Below are positions 36,801 to 49,807 of a stretch of 64,000 nucleotides of DNA, piece after piece. The DNA is taken from positions 186,001-250,000 of the forward strand of contig NW_027271701.1 in the NCBI RefSeq assembly GCF_040938485.1, written 5' to 3'. Each line of letters opens with the position of its first letter. The stretch's first letter is position 1. The stretch comes from Diadema antillarum (lineage: Eukaryota). The position numbers and the translations under genes are program-made. The notes under the pieces were generated by a model. The model ran no database searches and was not told the DNA's origin. It worked only from the letters and a program-made list of their open reading frames with translations.

Positions 36801-39800
36801 TAGTATAAAAACGCAAACAAGGGATGATGGTGGTTGCCTAGCAACAGAAAAAAAAAAGTTTTGTTAGAAGAAAGTCCTACTTTTTAAAATCAGCATGACA
36901 CACACGGTTTAAATTAGAATTATGAAGGCCATCATCCCAGTTATTTCATGATTCTGGTATGAAAAGAAAGCTCTTCAGCTACTCTGCAAATAAAACAATT
37001 CAGAAAAAAAATACCCTTCTACTTTTGAAGATAAGGTTAGATATTCCTCGGGGTGCCGCAAACTGGATCCCTGCAGCAAACTGGGTCCGCTGCTCTAGTG
37101 ATCACTACTTAGTCCAAGCTACATCTAGATTCCATGGCACAAGGTGGGCAAAGGGTCCATTGTGCCACCTCCGTGTATTTTCTTTCTTTTTCAAGCAATT
37201 GCTCTAAAATTTGGCGCAGATGTAAAACAAGTCATGATCTAAATTTGGTTCCTTAAGAAATTGAATGGTGATATGGTGACCTTCAGATATTCATTATCTG
37301 AAGGTTGCCACGTGGGGGCGCTATTTCATAAAACATGCCATAATGTAGTGAAAATGTAGACCATAACAATGATTTACATTTTTAAAGGTTTTTAAAAATG
37401 TGTTTTAGCCAAAAAATGAAAAAAAATAACTGTCAAATATTTTAAAACAAAAATATACAGGACTTAATTTCATTTCCATCGAAAACCTTTATTTCCACAA
37501 GCTCTTCCTTTAAACCACTTTCATAAAATCTCAGGGAATATTTCACTTATTAAATTATTTTTTTCTGAATTTTCATTTGCACTTTAGGTCACATTTTATA
37601 CCAACAGTAGACGCTTAATTTATATTATAAACTTGTTTGTGTATGAACTCTCTTTTTCAGATATGGATGCCTTTTCACTCAATGTATCCCACCAGCCGGT
37701 CAAGCGGTCAGTTGTGAGTGAGAGTACTTCTCCATCTATTCATGATGGACCACTACCTGAGAAGCGAACAACTAGAGCTAGCATTGCCCCAAGAGATCTC
37801 AGGAAATGTATCTTTTGTCAAGCAATGACCTATGTCAAGTCACACTCAGGTAGTAGGGTGGCAGAGACTCTTGTATCTTGCCAATCTCAGGAGGTTGCCG
37901 AAAACATCCAAAGAGCCGCAGAAGTCAGAGAAGATGAAGAACTCCTACTAGCCATCAGAGATATTGCAGTCACACACATCAGATACCATAAGAGTTGTCA
38001 CAAACGCTTCACGAAGCGAGAATCTTTGGAACGATTGGCTCAGAAGAAAGATGCTCACATTACAAGCCCATATGATGCTGCATTTGATGCCTTAAAGGAA
38101 TACATCAATACTGAAATAATTAAGGATATGAAGGTAATGCAGATGGCTGATCTTCTTAGGAAGTTCAAAGAGCTCCTCTTTGATGCTGGCATTGAATCTG
38201 ACTATCGATCAGAAAAACTTAAAAGAAGAATAGTGAGCCACTATGGAAATCAGTTGTCTTTTTGGCATCCGAAGAATCGTTCCGAGTCTGAGATGGTATT
38301 CCTTGAAGAAGTACCAAAGGGCCAAATTGTTGAGGCAGGTGTACAGTCTGCATCTACTTCTGTGGAAGAAGATGCATGGAGCAGCGACATCATCTCATAT
38401 GATGAAAGTGAGGAAAAAAGCTTGCAACATGTAGCAGTTATCCTACGACAGGCTCTACTTCAGGTGAATTCAGCGGTCTCCCAACCCATTAGGCCTGAAG
38501 ATATAGATGAGAACAATGTTCACATTCCGAATTCTGTGTACAACCTGCTGGCCTGCATTATTCACGGAAAATGCAAGTTTCAGGTAGATCAACGGGTTTC
38601 TGTACCAGCTACCATACATCGTCAAGTCCTCTCTATCAGTCAAGATCTCATACATGCCGTGAGTCGGGGACGAGTAAAAACTCCAAAGCATGTGGCACTT
38701 CCTTTCCTTGTCAAAACCGTAGGTGGATCTTCAGAAATTATAACTGTCTTGAACAGAATGGGTCATGGTTTGTCTTACACACAGGTAGAAGAGATGGAAA
38801 CTTCTCTTGCAGAAAATGTCTCAAAGACTTACTCCAACTTGCCAAGCAACTGTCACAGTGGCGTATTTGGGACATTTTGTTGGGATAACAGTAACCTTCA
38901 AGAAGAGACGCTCTCTGGACGTGGAACTACACACTGCACTAGTGGCATAGTACTACAAACTAGACGTCAAGAAACAGGGCTGTCACAGTCTTCCACCAAT
39001 GCTCAAAACACAAACTCTGACGGCGCCATCAACAATCGCAGGCGTTCCATTAAGCCCCAGCCAAATGCAGTAATGCCGTACCAATCAGTTCCACGGAAAG
39101 GACCAGAGAAACTAGTAGTTGATCAAGATCTTCTGACAGCATCGGCTTCTGAAAATGCTGTAGCAAGGAAAAATGACTTTGCTTGGTTCTTGACTAGGTT
39201 GGCGCCTGAGGAAGTGATGTTCCAAGAATGTGATGACAAACATCAGAATGTCCCCAGCTGGACTGCTTTTAACAGGCTTATTCAGGAGAGCGTACCAAGT
39301 CTGAGCACTATCAGCTATTGCCCGTCAATCGATGCCAGCCCGACAGAGACGTCTACTGTTTACACCTTGTTGAGAAAGTCACTTGCCATGGCAGATGAGC
39401 TAAAGCAAACAGATTGTCCTGTGGTGTGTGATCTGGCAATCTACTCAAAGATCATGCAGATAATCTGGCAGAGACCCACTGAGTTTGCCAGAATTGTTCC
39501 ACGTCTAGGGTCATTTCACGTCGCCTGTTGCTTCCTGTCTGTGATTGGGAAAAGGTTTGGAGATGCAGGTTTGGCAGACATCTTGACTGAGAGTGGGGTA
39601 ATAGCTGCCGGCAGTGTCAATGGAGTACTTCAAGGTAAGCACTACAACCGAGCTGTACGTATGCACAAGCTTCTGTATGAAGCCCTGGAACGTATCCGAT
39701 GGAGAGAGTTTGGCAAGTCACTCAATCACAAAGAGAACAAAGTCGTCCATGAGAGCATCCTGGCTGTCCTTTCAAGCCTACGTGAGCATAAGCAGCCAAG

Positions 39801-42800
39801 AGACTTCCAGGAGCTAATGAGCATGACAGAATTTGACCAGCTTTTGGACACCTACAATGGATTTGCAGGAACTTCGAATGGTCCAATGAAAGCATTCTGG
39901 AACAGCTATTTGGAGATGGTGGGTCTATTGCTCCAATTCTTGAGAGCTACAAGAGAAGGAAATTGGTCTCTGCACTTGGCATGCATTGCGCAAATGATTC
40001 CACACATGTTCGCCTATGACAATGTGAACTATGCACGCTACTTAGTAGTGTACTGGGGTGAGATGACAACTTTACCAGACACACACCCTGAAGCCTACGA
40101 GCACTTCTCCAGTGGCGAGTTTGCTGTTCAACGCAACAGTGACTGTGGATTCAGTCAGGTGGCAGTGGACCAAACAATTGAACAAACTCTTAACAGGAGC
40201 TTGAAAACAAAGGGAGGAATTGTAGGATACAGCCTCAAGAAAGGTGCAGTCTACCGTTGGATACTTACCGCTCATATTCGAGCTGCTATTGCTGACAAGT
40301 GCAAGGAGATGTTTGGCGTCGAGAATGAGGTTTCCTACCATATGGAAACAACCAAGCCACGACTGAGAAGAGATGAAAGTGACGTACAGATGCTCATTGA
40401 TACCATTTTAGCTTGGGGTAATCCATTCAAGGAATCCGACACACTAATCAGCTTAGCATCAGGCAGCGCAGCGAATGATGACATGACACGTGATCTGTGC
40501 GAGGCTAAGGCTAGAGGACGAACAGCTATGATGGTATTTGTGCAACAACAGCTTACAGTTAAGAACTTCTTCACTCCACTTCGAAAGCTGCAGTTGAAGA
40601 CCTTTGGAACCAAGAAGATCGAGGGTAACAAGAAAGCAAAGCAGGATGCCACGAGGAAGACAGATAGTTCCCTCTTTGCTCGAATGCTTGTTGTCGCTCA
40701 AGTTCGCCATCTGGATATGAGACACGTTTTGCAACATGAACTTACCTCAATCCCGTCATCTCTTGCCAGTGCTGGTGGAGGTTTGATGAAGACAGCCAAA
40801 TCTTCTCTTGTGCATGTTCTAGAGGAAAACATTGAATCTGCTACCAGTGAAGCTACGTGCTGCGTCATAGATGCAATGGCAATGCTACAAGCAATGTCAA
40901 ACATCCCACCTACTTTTGGTGAGCTCGCAGACAGGATTTTGGGAAACGTCATATCTGCCGCAGGTGCTGCTACACGGATAGATCTCGTTGCTGATCAGTA
41001 CCCTTCATTATCTATCAAAGGTATGATTGTTTAGATTTTTATGTATCCCCATCCCTATTTGTAAATATTGTAGATTAATTCAGAAGGATTGTATTCATTG
41101 CTAGGTTTGATTTTGTTCAATTATTAATGAAGATGTTATGTTTAAAAAGCTGATATTGCATGCTTCCATCATTCCGCATATAAGGGGAAAGTGTGAAACA
41201 ATTCAAAATCTATTGGTTTAAAATTAGATAAGGTGTAATGAACTCCAAACCCAAACAATCTTCCTTTAACCACTTACAACATGGCTGTTTTTAATGAAAA
41301 ATTGATACAACTGAATTAATGAATTTTGCTGTTGCAGATTCAGAGCGGGAACAGAGAGCTTCAAGTGGGCAGCTGCTTACAAAGGCTACGTCAGCTGCTC
41401 AGAGATGTCCTACGCAGTGGAAGAAGTACCTTTCCCACGGAGGCAGTAAGACGCAGCTCTTCTGTTTTCTGGCTGAGGAATGGCAGTCTTTGCGGTAAGT
41501 TTACAATTATTCAATGATTACTTAAAATAAAAACAAATTCAATTCCTGAAGTATAGTAAAGATCTTTGGATATTATCATGACACCACAGTGTTTTCTTAA
41601 CATTACAGTTTTGCAGAGAAGCTGAACAAGAGGATGTTATATCTAACACGAGGTGACGAATGTCTGCAGCTTGAGTCCAAAGGAGGGGAAGTGATATGCA
41701 AGAATGTTCCTGATCTGCATAGTACACAAGAAGAGGCGGACAGCAGAATGTTTCTACATGCTAAACATGCTTCTGCTGCGAGACACAGAAAGGTAGTGAA
41801 GGCCCTGTACCCATTAAACACTGCCAACATGCATGTGTGAAAGTAAAAATTGTACTCATTCCAAGTAAAATAAAAAATGTGCCTGTAGACCAACAGCTGA
41901 AATACATGTTCAGTTATCAAAACAATTTTCATTTTGGTCACCATATTATTGCAAATATCCGATTTCTATAGAATATGAGAGAAATGTCTTCGCCTCAGTC
42001 AGGCCCTTATCACCTCAGGTGTCATGCAGCATGTTAAAGCTCAGCAGATAATACAAGGTCAGGAGATTCTGCACGCTTCCACGGTCTAATGCAAATTTTA
42101 CTCATGTTCACTTTCAAGTGTTGCCTTCTACCTATTATTACAGTAAGTTAGGCAAATCATTCTATTCCTTTGTAGATTCTCATCAGGTCACCAGACACGG
42201 ACACGGAGGTGCTTGCGCTCTTCCATCAGCTGCAGATTCCTGCTACACTCTTCATTGAGAAGGGAACATCACACTCACAAAAGACAATCAACATTCGGGC
42301 ACTTGCCAATGAGCTAGGTGATGGTTTCTGTAAGGCACTACCTGGATTACACGCAATCACCGGATGTGATAGTGTTAGTGCCTTGGCCGGACGTGGTAAA
42401 AAGATGGCAGTGGATCTGGTGCAAAAGGACAGAAATCTGCTGAAACCCCTCCAGAGCCTTGGAAACAGTTTAGCTCTGTCCACTGGTTTGATTGAGCAGC
42501 TTGAAACATTTGTCTGCCGATTGTACAAGTGTGCTGCTGACACTGTGAATGAGGCACGGTATGAAACCTTCTGCAGGATGAAGATAGTACAGGTTGGTGT
42601 CTTGAATCATCCATTAAGAAATAAACAATAACGTACGCACATATTTTCACCGGCATTTGCAGCCAAGCAAATTAAATCCTCAGGAATTTATCAAATGAAT
42701 TAATAATGAATAAATGATGAACTTACGAGCTGAAACTCCGAACTGAATCAAAATCATATATTTCATTGCAGTCCCACAGGCTTCCACCGACTAAGCGCGC

Positions 42801-45800
42801 TCTCTTCTTCCATCTTAAGAGGGCTAACTACCAAGCATTCATTTGGAAGGCAGCACTCACTCCGTGCCCAGATATACCAGGACCAGATGGACATGGCTGG
42901 AATATTGAGAGTGGTAATCTTGCCATCAACTGGACGGACCAGTCCCCAGCTCCCCAAGCCGTACTTGACTTGTTGGCATGTTCCTGCCGTTCTGGTTGTA
43001 AGACCAGGAAATGCAGGTACGAATATGTATTTTATTTGATCTACCATATTCCCAAAATGAGAGATAGAAATTTGGGATTATTCACGTTTAAGAAATTTTC
43101 AAAAATTCTTTATGAATAACCACTGAGTCAGCAATGCTTTTCATGTAGCGTTGATGAAGTAAGTCTCCTCATTAAGACTAATTTGAAGCGGTAAAATACT
43201 CTAAAATGTTTATTACTAATCATGCAGCCAACAGTTGGATGGGCTACTGCAGTGTTCAACTTTACTTTAAGCTCCTGGTGAAGTGTTTCCATGAAATGAT
43301 TAATCAGAAGCTTTCGGTTTTCTTTTTTAAAGGTGCCGTTCTCATGGACTCGTCTGCACAGATGCTTGTGGTTGCAGAGACTGCACAAATTGCATATTGG
43401 ATGATGGCAAAGAAGAAAGTGAAGATGAGGATGACGATGAAGACAACAGTGACTCCACATAGAAGCATTCTCTTATACTAGCAATATTACTTTCCAGCTC
43501 ATAAGCCATTGACTTTCATGTTTGGATAATGAGCAATAATGGCTTTCAGTCTTGATATATAACTTACCTTAAACAATACAGAATACATTTATCTACTTGA
43601 AAGTGAGGAGTTAGCTTCATTTAATCTTGATGCTGAAAGACCCTGTGATTCACAAAATTAAACACACAAATAAAATGATAAAGAGATTGACTTTCTTTGG
43701 CTAAACAGTGTGTTAATGCATGCAATATGCGAAGTTTAATACGAGCGTCATCCAAAGAAAAATAAATGTTAATGTATCCTATTGTTTAGGGTACCACCAA
43801 ATGTGCTTTTTATTGCAACAAAACTTTGAAATGGATGATTTGCTAGCTCAATTGGACCTGATCGGGCCACCAAAAGGAGGTTAGTGTTGGAACTTGCTGT
43901 ATATGGGCGCATTGTCAAGTAGGCACCTCATCAGTAGTCATCGATTCAATGAAGGTCTTGCCAATTGAGAAACGGTGTAAAACTTAATTGCTGATATTAT
44001 GCTTTATGAAGTGCATGCAAATGACTCCATCTAATTGGATTGCACATATATCATCCATGACATACAAGTACCTATAGCTCAAGCTGTATACTTATGGCAA
44101 TACTTGTCTATTCATGCTTGTTTTCATTTGATAAAGCGATCAACAGTCATATTTAATAGGCAGGCTGCTCTTGTTTATTTCATTGGATCAATGTATGCAT
44201 TATAATGCATCTGAATTTGATTGTTGGAAACTAGCGTTACATGTCAGTAACTCGTGTTTCATGGTAACTCGCGTTACAACTTTTGTGTACATTGTTTCTG
44301 TGTGATGACACTTAGACCAATATTCTTCATAAAAAGATCAGTATGTTCTGAATTTAGAAAATAATAATTTCCAACAAATTACTTCCACTGCTCCCTTCAG
44401 AATGAAAAATGATTCTTATTTTAGTAACTTGTGTTACATTGCTCAAGTGCGTTATATATGTGCGATGATATCATTGTTTGAAGGTAGCATATAAATTTTC
44501 CTCTATGGAGATTGGAGAAAACCACTTCAGGAACATGAGAAAGGTGCATCAGGATGGTAGGTACAAAATGAAGATATATTGATCGGGAGTACTACATGAA
44601 ACTGTCCTGTATGGACGAAAACTAGTACAAATGTACATATCCTATTTTTCTCCTACTTTTATTTCTTGATTCCTACTTTTTCCTGAATTTAGCTCATATT
44701 TTTCTCCTTCTTTTTCAGCATGGTCAACTTGAAAGCCTGTACTTGAAATCATGTTGAGTATGACATTGTAATATATAATTTCTGTGGAGTAAACATGACT
44801 AATTTAAGGTATTATTTGTCCTTTGTACTTTCAATAATTTATACTAAAGGTTTGCATGGTTTCTCCATTAATTTGGGCCTTTTAATCATCACGTTTGGCA
44901 AAATTGTGATGATATATAAACACAAGTCTTTAATTTTCCTTCATTTGTAGTTGCAATACCTAATTTCCCTATTACATAACGAAAAATCCCATAAAGCTTT
45001 ATTTTAAAATATTGCAGAACCTTTTTTAAAAACTGGGGCTTTAAAGATTGGCCGTCCCTTTTGCATTCCTTCCCTAATAGATAGCACAGAGCCTGATGTA
45101 TTCAACCAGAATGACAAGACTATTGTAAAGCTGTAACAATTCTGTGAAATTTGAAGGTTGTTAGCCGTTAAAATCAAAATAAAGCACAAATTGTCCACCT
45201 TAAGGTATTCTGTGTACTATTGATATCTGCATACTTTTATCACCCCGTGATTAAAATACGATACTTATACTTCGAACAAAAGATACGCATGTAAAAGCTT
45301 TCAGAAAGGAAGAAGTCATTTGCTTCTTTTACTTTGTTATCAACAGCACACTGTCCACTTACATGAATTACGTAAGTGCATCACACAGGTCTGTAAAACT
45401 AGACTAATGGTTTGGATGTGGAATTTTTTCGAAGTAGGAAAAGATGATTCAAATCTCAATTTGCTCAACAAATAGAGACCCTCTTCAGTTCAAAATGTAC
45501 AGGAGGTTTCCAAATTATTTGTTCTTCAATACCTTTTGCAGAACAAACCATATCCATCATCAGGGCAAGGAAATGAACAAAGTATATTTATCCTGTCAAG
45601 TTCATGTTTATTAAAATCAAGAATGATAATACATTATATTTTGTAAGATCTCTATTATTTTTTGCCCCTCCATCTTCCTTTTCAGGTACTGAGATAATTC
45701 AGAAATAGACTCTCACCGTACGGTAAAGAAACATCCTGCATTTTATCCTCATTGAATACATTGAATGGATTGAATGGATTATCCATATTGAATTAGACAT

Positions 45801-48800
45801 TTAAGTAAAGTATCCAAGAAGAAGAATCCAAGGAAAATTTGTTAATAAAAAGATATGCTATTCCTTATTGTTCTATTATGTTCTATGTGTTGTTGTCATT
45901 TGGTGAAAGAGCAAATGTTGCAGATCTATGATGAATTGAAATGTCAGTATACATGTACAGTACTTGTACAGCCTTAGAGGAGGCAGTGGCAAACCTAAGT
46001 TTTCACATACAGAATGACAAGATGAAATGTTAAAGGCTATGACCTTGAAAATGACCTTGAGAATGACCTAGTGTACATGGTTATCCTTCATTGAAAGTCA
46101 ATATGAAATGTGTGATACTGTTCTATTCAGTTTTGGTTATAGATCATTTTTGCACATAAAGCACTGTACTGTCACATATATGTAGCCTACTATAGGGCCG
46201 GAAAGCTATCATGAATCATTTGCACTAAATACCATTGTTGCCATGGTAACAAAAAGGAGCAATCTTTCCATTTATTTAGAAAAAAACAACAACACACTTT
46301 GTAGATTGTGAACTTTAATGATTTGATCATTAGGGATTCTCGCAAAGGAACTGACTTTTATCATATAGATTAAATGCTTTGACCTTGAGTATGACCTTGA
46401 GAGTGACCTTGAGAATGACCTTGAGAACGATTTAGAGGGTAAACTAACCAGATACCCTCTATTGAGAATACCTAAAATGCTTAATCACGATAAATAATGA
46501 GAAATGATAAGTTGAATGGTCATTATTTTACATTGTTACACATTTCAAACACAAATTTCTATCACGTGGGCCTGTTACAGAGCCAAAAGATCTTCTTTGC
46601 ACAAGAGACTCAACTTCCGTTTCCATGGTAACAACTTAGCAGACTGAGGTCATGTGGTAGAGTTAGAGTCAGCTTGCTTCCTAGTTTGTGTAGCAAACTC
46701 ATAGTAGTATGTACAGTTCCTTGAAGGATTTGACAAAAACTTTATCACAAAAATTGGTGCTGAATTTGTATAGATTTTGTGATATTCAATAATTTGACCT
46801 TGAAGTGACCTTCATATCCTCGAAGAGTGAGCCATGTTCATATTTATTGCAAAAATCTTTAGTAAGTTACTTAAGCCTTTATTCCAAGACAAGATTATCC
46901 TACTAATTCGATTACTTACAGAAAAATTTTTACCTTTAATATATTGTCTCATTCTCTAGAAATGACATTGAATCGGCACATGGTTTAAGAGGTTGTGATA
47001 TATCAACTGCGTTGCCATGGTAACGATCAAGAGTTGGAACCTAAGATCATCATTTCCGAAAAGTAGAGACTTGTACCTATCCAACGGTACCAAGATATCT
47101 TGGGCCCCCTGGGGGTGCTACGAAAATGCAATTTTCAGGCCTTGGCTCATGGACTACTAGTACAGTTGTATTCCTGTTCCAACCTCTCTTGTCCATTTTA
47201 CGTTGAACATCCGTACTTTTCATTTTTTCTCATCTGTGCCTTACAGTTACAGTACTTTTCTTACTTTAAGATTTGCAGGCTATGGTTTTGGTAGAACCCA
47301 TATCTCAAATTTTTTTGCTTTAGTTATCTATGACATTTACTATGTTAATGGAATTTTTGTTATAATAAACGCATTATTGATATTTATGAGCATTTCATAT
47401 TGGATCTTCAATAATTGTCAAATTTTGAAGTTCAGATGCAAAAACACGCTATTTTCGTCTATGATATGTGTTCTTTTATATTTCCCCGACACATGGATTG
47501 CCTGATACTTCTTTTGGTTTTTAATGTTCTCTCTTATGAATAAATCGAGAGCGTGTGGTATGCCCAACCTAATTTCAGTGCGTTCACAAAATTCAACATT
47601 TTCATGTGTCATGATTTCATTATGTCTGTGCGTGTGTCATACGTCTATGAGCGAGATATAGAAAATAAATGAACTTTCGTTCGGAGTGAGAGCGTAGCGG
47701 TAACGGAGATAGAAAGAATGCCACATATCAAGGGCAATGAATATTTAAAAATGTATAATAATACCCTCAAGGATGGCTGAAATGTCTCACAATTCTGCAT
47801 GAAAGTTGTCCAAGTAGAAGGAAAGGAGTGATAATGTATTTGTGCATACATTATTAGCATCACTAAAGAAACAAAGGTTTAGATTTTGCCATTTTTGACA
47901 GACTGCTACACAAAGCAGTGATGTTCATTTGAGCAGAATGGATAGAAATTTTTACTACTGACAAAGGACCGTACCTGCCTAGAATATTGACTTTGCATTT
48001 TGAATGCGCATACTTTTGATGAGCTATTGAACTCTACGCACAAATGGTTGTAAAGAGACCTTCTGTTCCTTGAACTGTATAATCTGTGCAAAAATTTGCC
48101 TATGGGTTGTTTGTTGTTGTTTTTTTTGCCACTGAAAGTGTAATATCTATAAAACAACAACTCCAACATATCCTACTTGGAATTTTGTGTACAGGATGTT
48201 AGTCATGGTTCCTGTTAGGAACTATTCTTGCAACATTCATTGTAACATTACAGAATGGGACACCTAACTTGAATGTTAAACTGTCTGTTAAACTATTTCA
48301 TTACTCTTAAAAATGATTTCCTTTTAATACATTTTGAAGGGAAAGGAGAGCTTTCTTTTCTTAGTTGATTGCACATCAATCAATTACTTTAGAACCAAGT
48401 TAACACTAACTGTCCCTAATGGAAATTTAAAGTAGTCATTCAGCTACCATTGGTGACTTCATTGATCCTCTATGATGGCTAAAATACTCCAAGCAACAAC
48501 AATAGAAAAAAAAATGATTTAAAAAAAAATCATTTAAAGTGTTTGGAAACTTACAATGACACAGTTCTTTCCTATATGAACATATGATCCAACTTGGGCA
48601 GCGTTGACTATGCAGTCTTCATCAATGAAAACATGGTCTCCTATGTGCAGAGGGAAGAATGCCACTCTAAAGAAAAATAAACAAGACAAGTTTGGGATAA
48701 ATGTTATCTCTCAGAACTTATTTGATTCAAAAACTCTCTGTCTAAAACTGTATGTGTGCTGACGTACAATTAAAGGACATGTTCACCTTCATGAACATAA

Positions 48801-49775
48801 GGATTGAGAAAATGCAACAATATTAGTAGAACACATCAGTGAAAGTTTGAGGAAAATTGGACAATCGATGCAAAAGTTATGAATTTTTTAAATTTTTGTG
48901 TTGGAACCGCTGGATGAGGAGACTACTACAGCTTGTGAGTCATATGCGTACAACAGTATAAAGAAAATATAAAAGAAAATTCAACATATTTTCACGTTTT
49001 TTGCATAATAAAAGAGCAATTGACTTGCCTCTTTCTAAAGGCAGGGGGAATAATATTACCCATAACATTTATCGGTAACGAGTCAGAGGAATGTGTACTT
49101 TTTTCAAAAGATGGAATTTTGTGAAATTCTCTTTATATTTTCCTTATATTGTTGTACGCATGTGACATCTAAGTTATTCATACACTGCAGTAGTCTTCTC
49201 ATCCAAAAACAAAAACTTCAAAAATTCATAACTTTTGAACCGATTGTCTGATTTTCCTCAAACTTTCAATGATGTGTTCTACTAATATTGCTACATTCTC
49301 TCAATCCTTATGTTTATGAAGGTGAACTTGTCCTTTAAAAAAGGAAAAGACAATAAACAAAGCACAAATGACACAAAGAACTGTAAAAAGACAATGTTGT
49401 CGTGTGCATGGCAGATTGTCGTTAACAATATTCTGCCATGTGCAGGGAAGCGCATCAACAACAATCTGCCACGTGTGCAACAATGTTACATTGTATATCA
49501 CAAGTAGTGACAGCAACAACAGGCTTTCTCATGAAATTTCCCTATAAAAAATAAATATTCAAAAGCACTCAAATGTGTTTCTAGGCATGGTTGCCATGGT
49601 GTTGTGTCTTCCCTTATTGCATTTATTTAGTTTTATTTCACTTACATGTACATTTAGGACACTGTACATTTACTCCTACACCAACGCTTGATTTGTTTCT
49701 TCCTCTTAACCATGTACTAAAGCAGGCATTTCAGTGGTATTGATTATGTAAGAAATGACATCTCCCCCGCCCCCT

Positions 49776-49807
<32 letters not shown>

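Larger units (their letters stand above)
34249..47156 (+). mobile_element. Academ (XPG-nuclease-type, AcademX) DNA transposon, 12,908 bp, in DCTN5 intron 4
   Basis: Termini TAGTCCATGAGCCAAG ... CTTGGCTCATGGACTA (first 16 bp identical), ~200-bp imperfect TIRs with a 46-bp identical block, 3-bp TSD CTA (34246-34248 and 47157-47159), internal ~1500-aa transposase gene. Confidence 0.9.

Noticed and set aside
44950-45560. Second, antisense gene inside Academ
   Set aside because: Short protein-like stretches broken by many stops; no recognisable domain.
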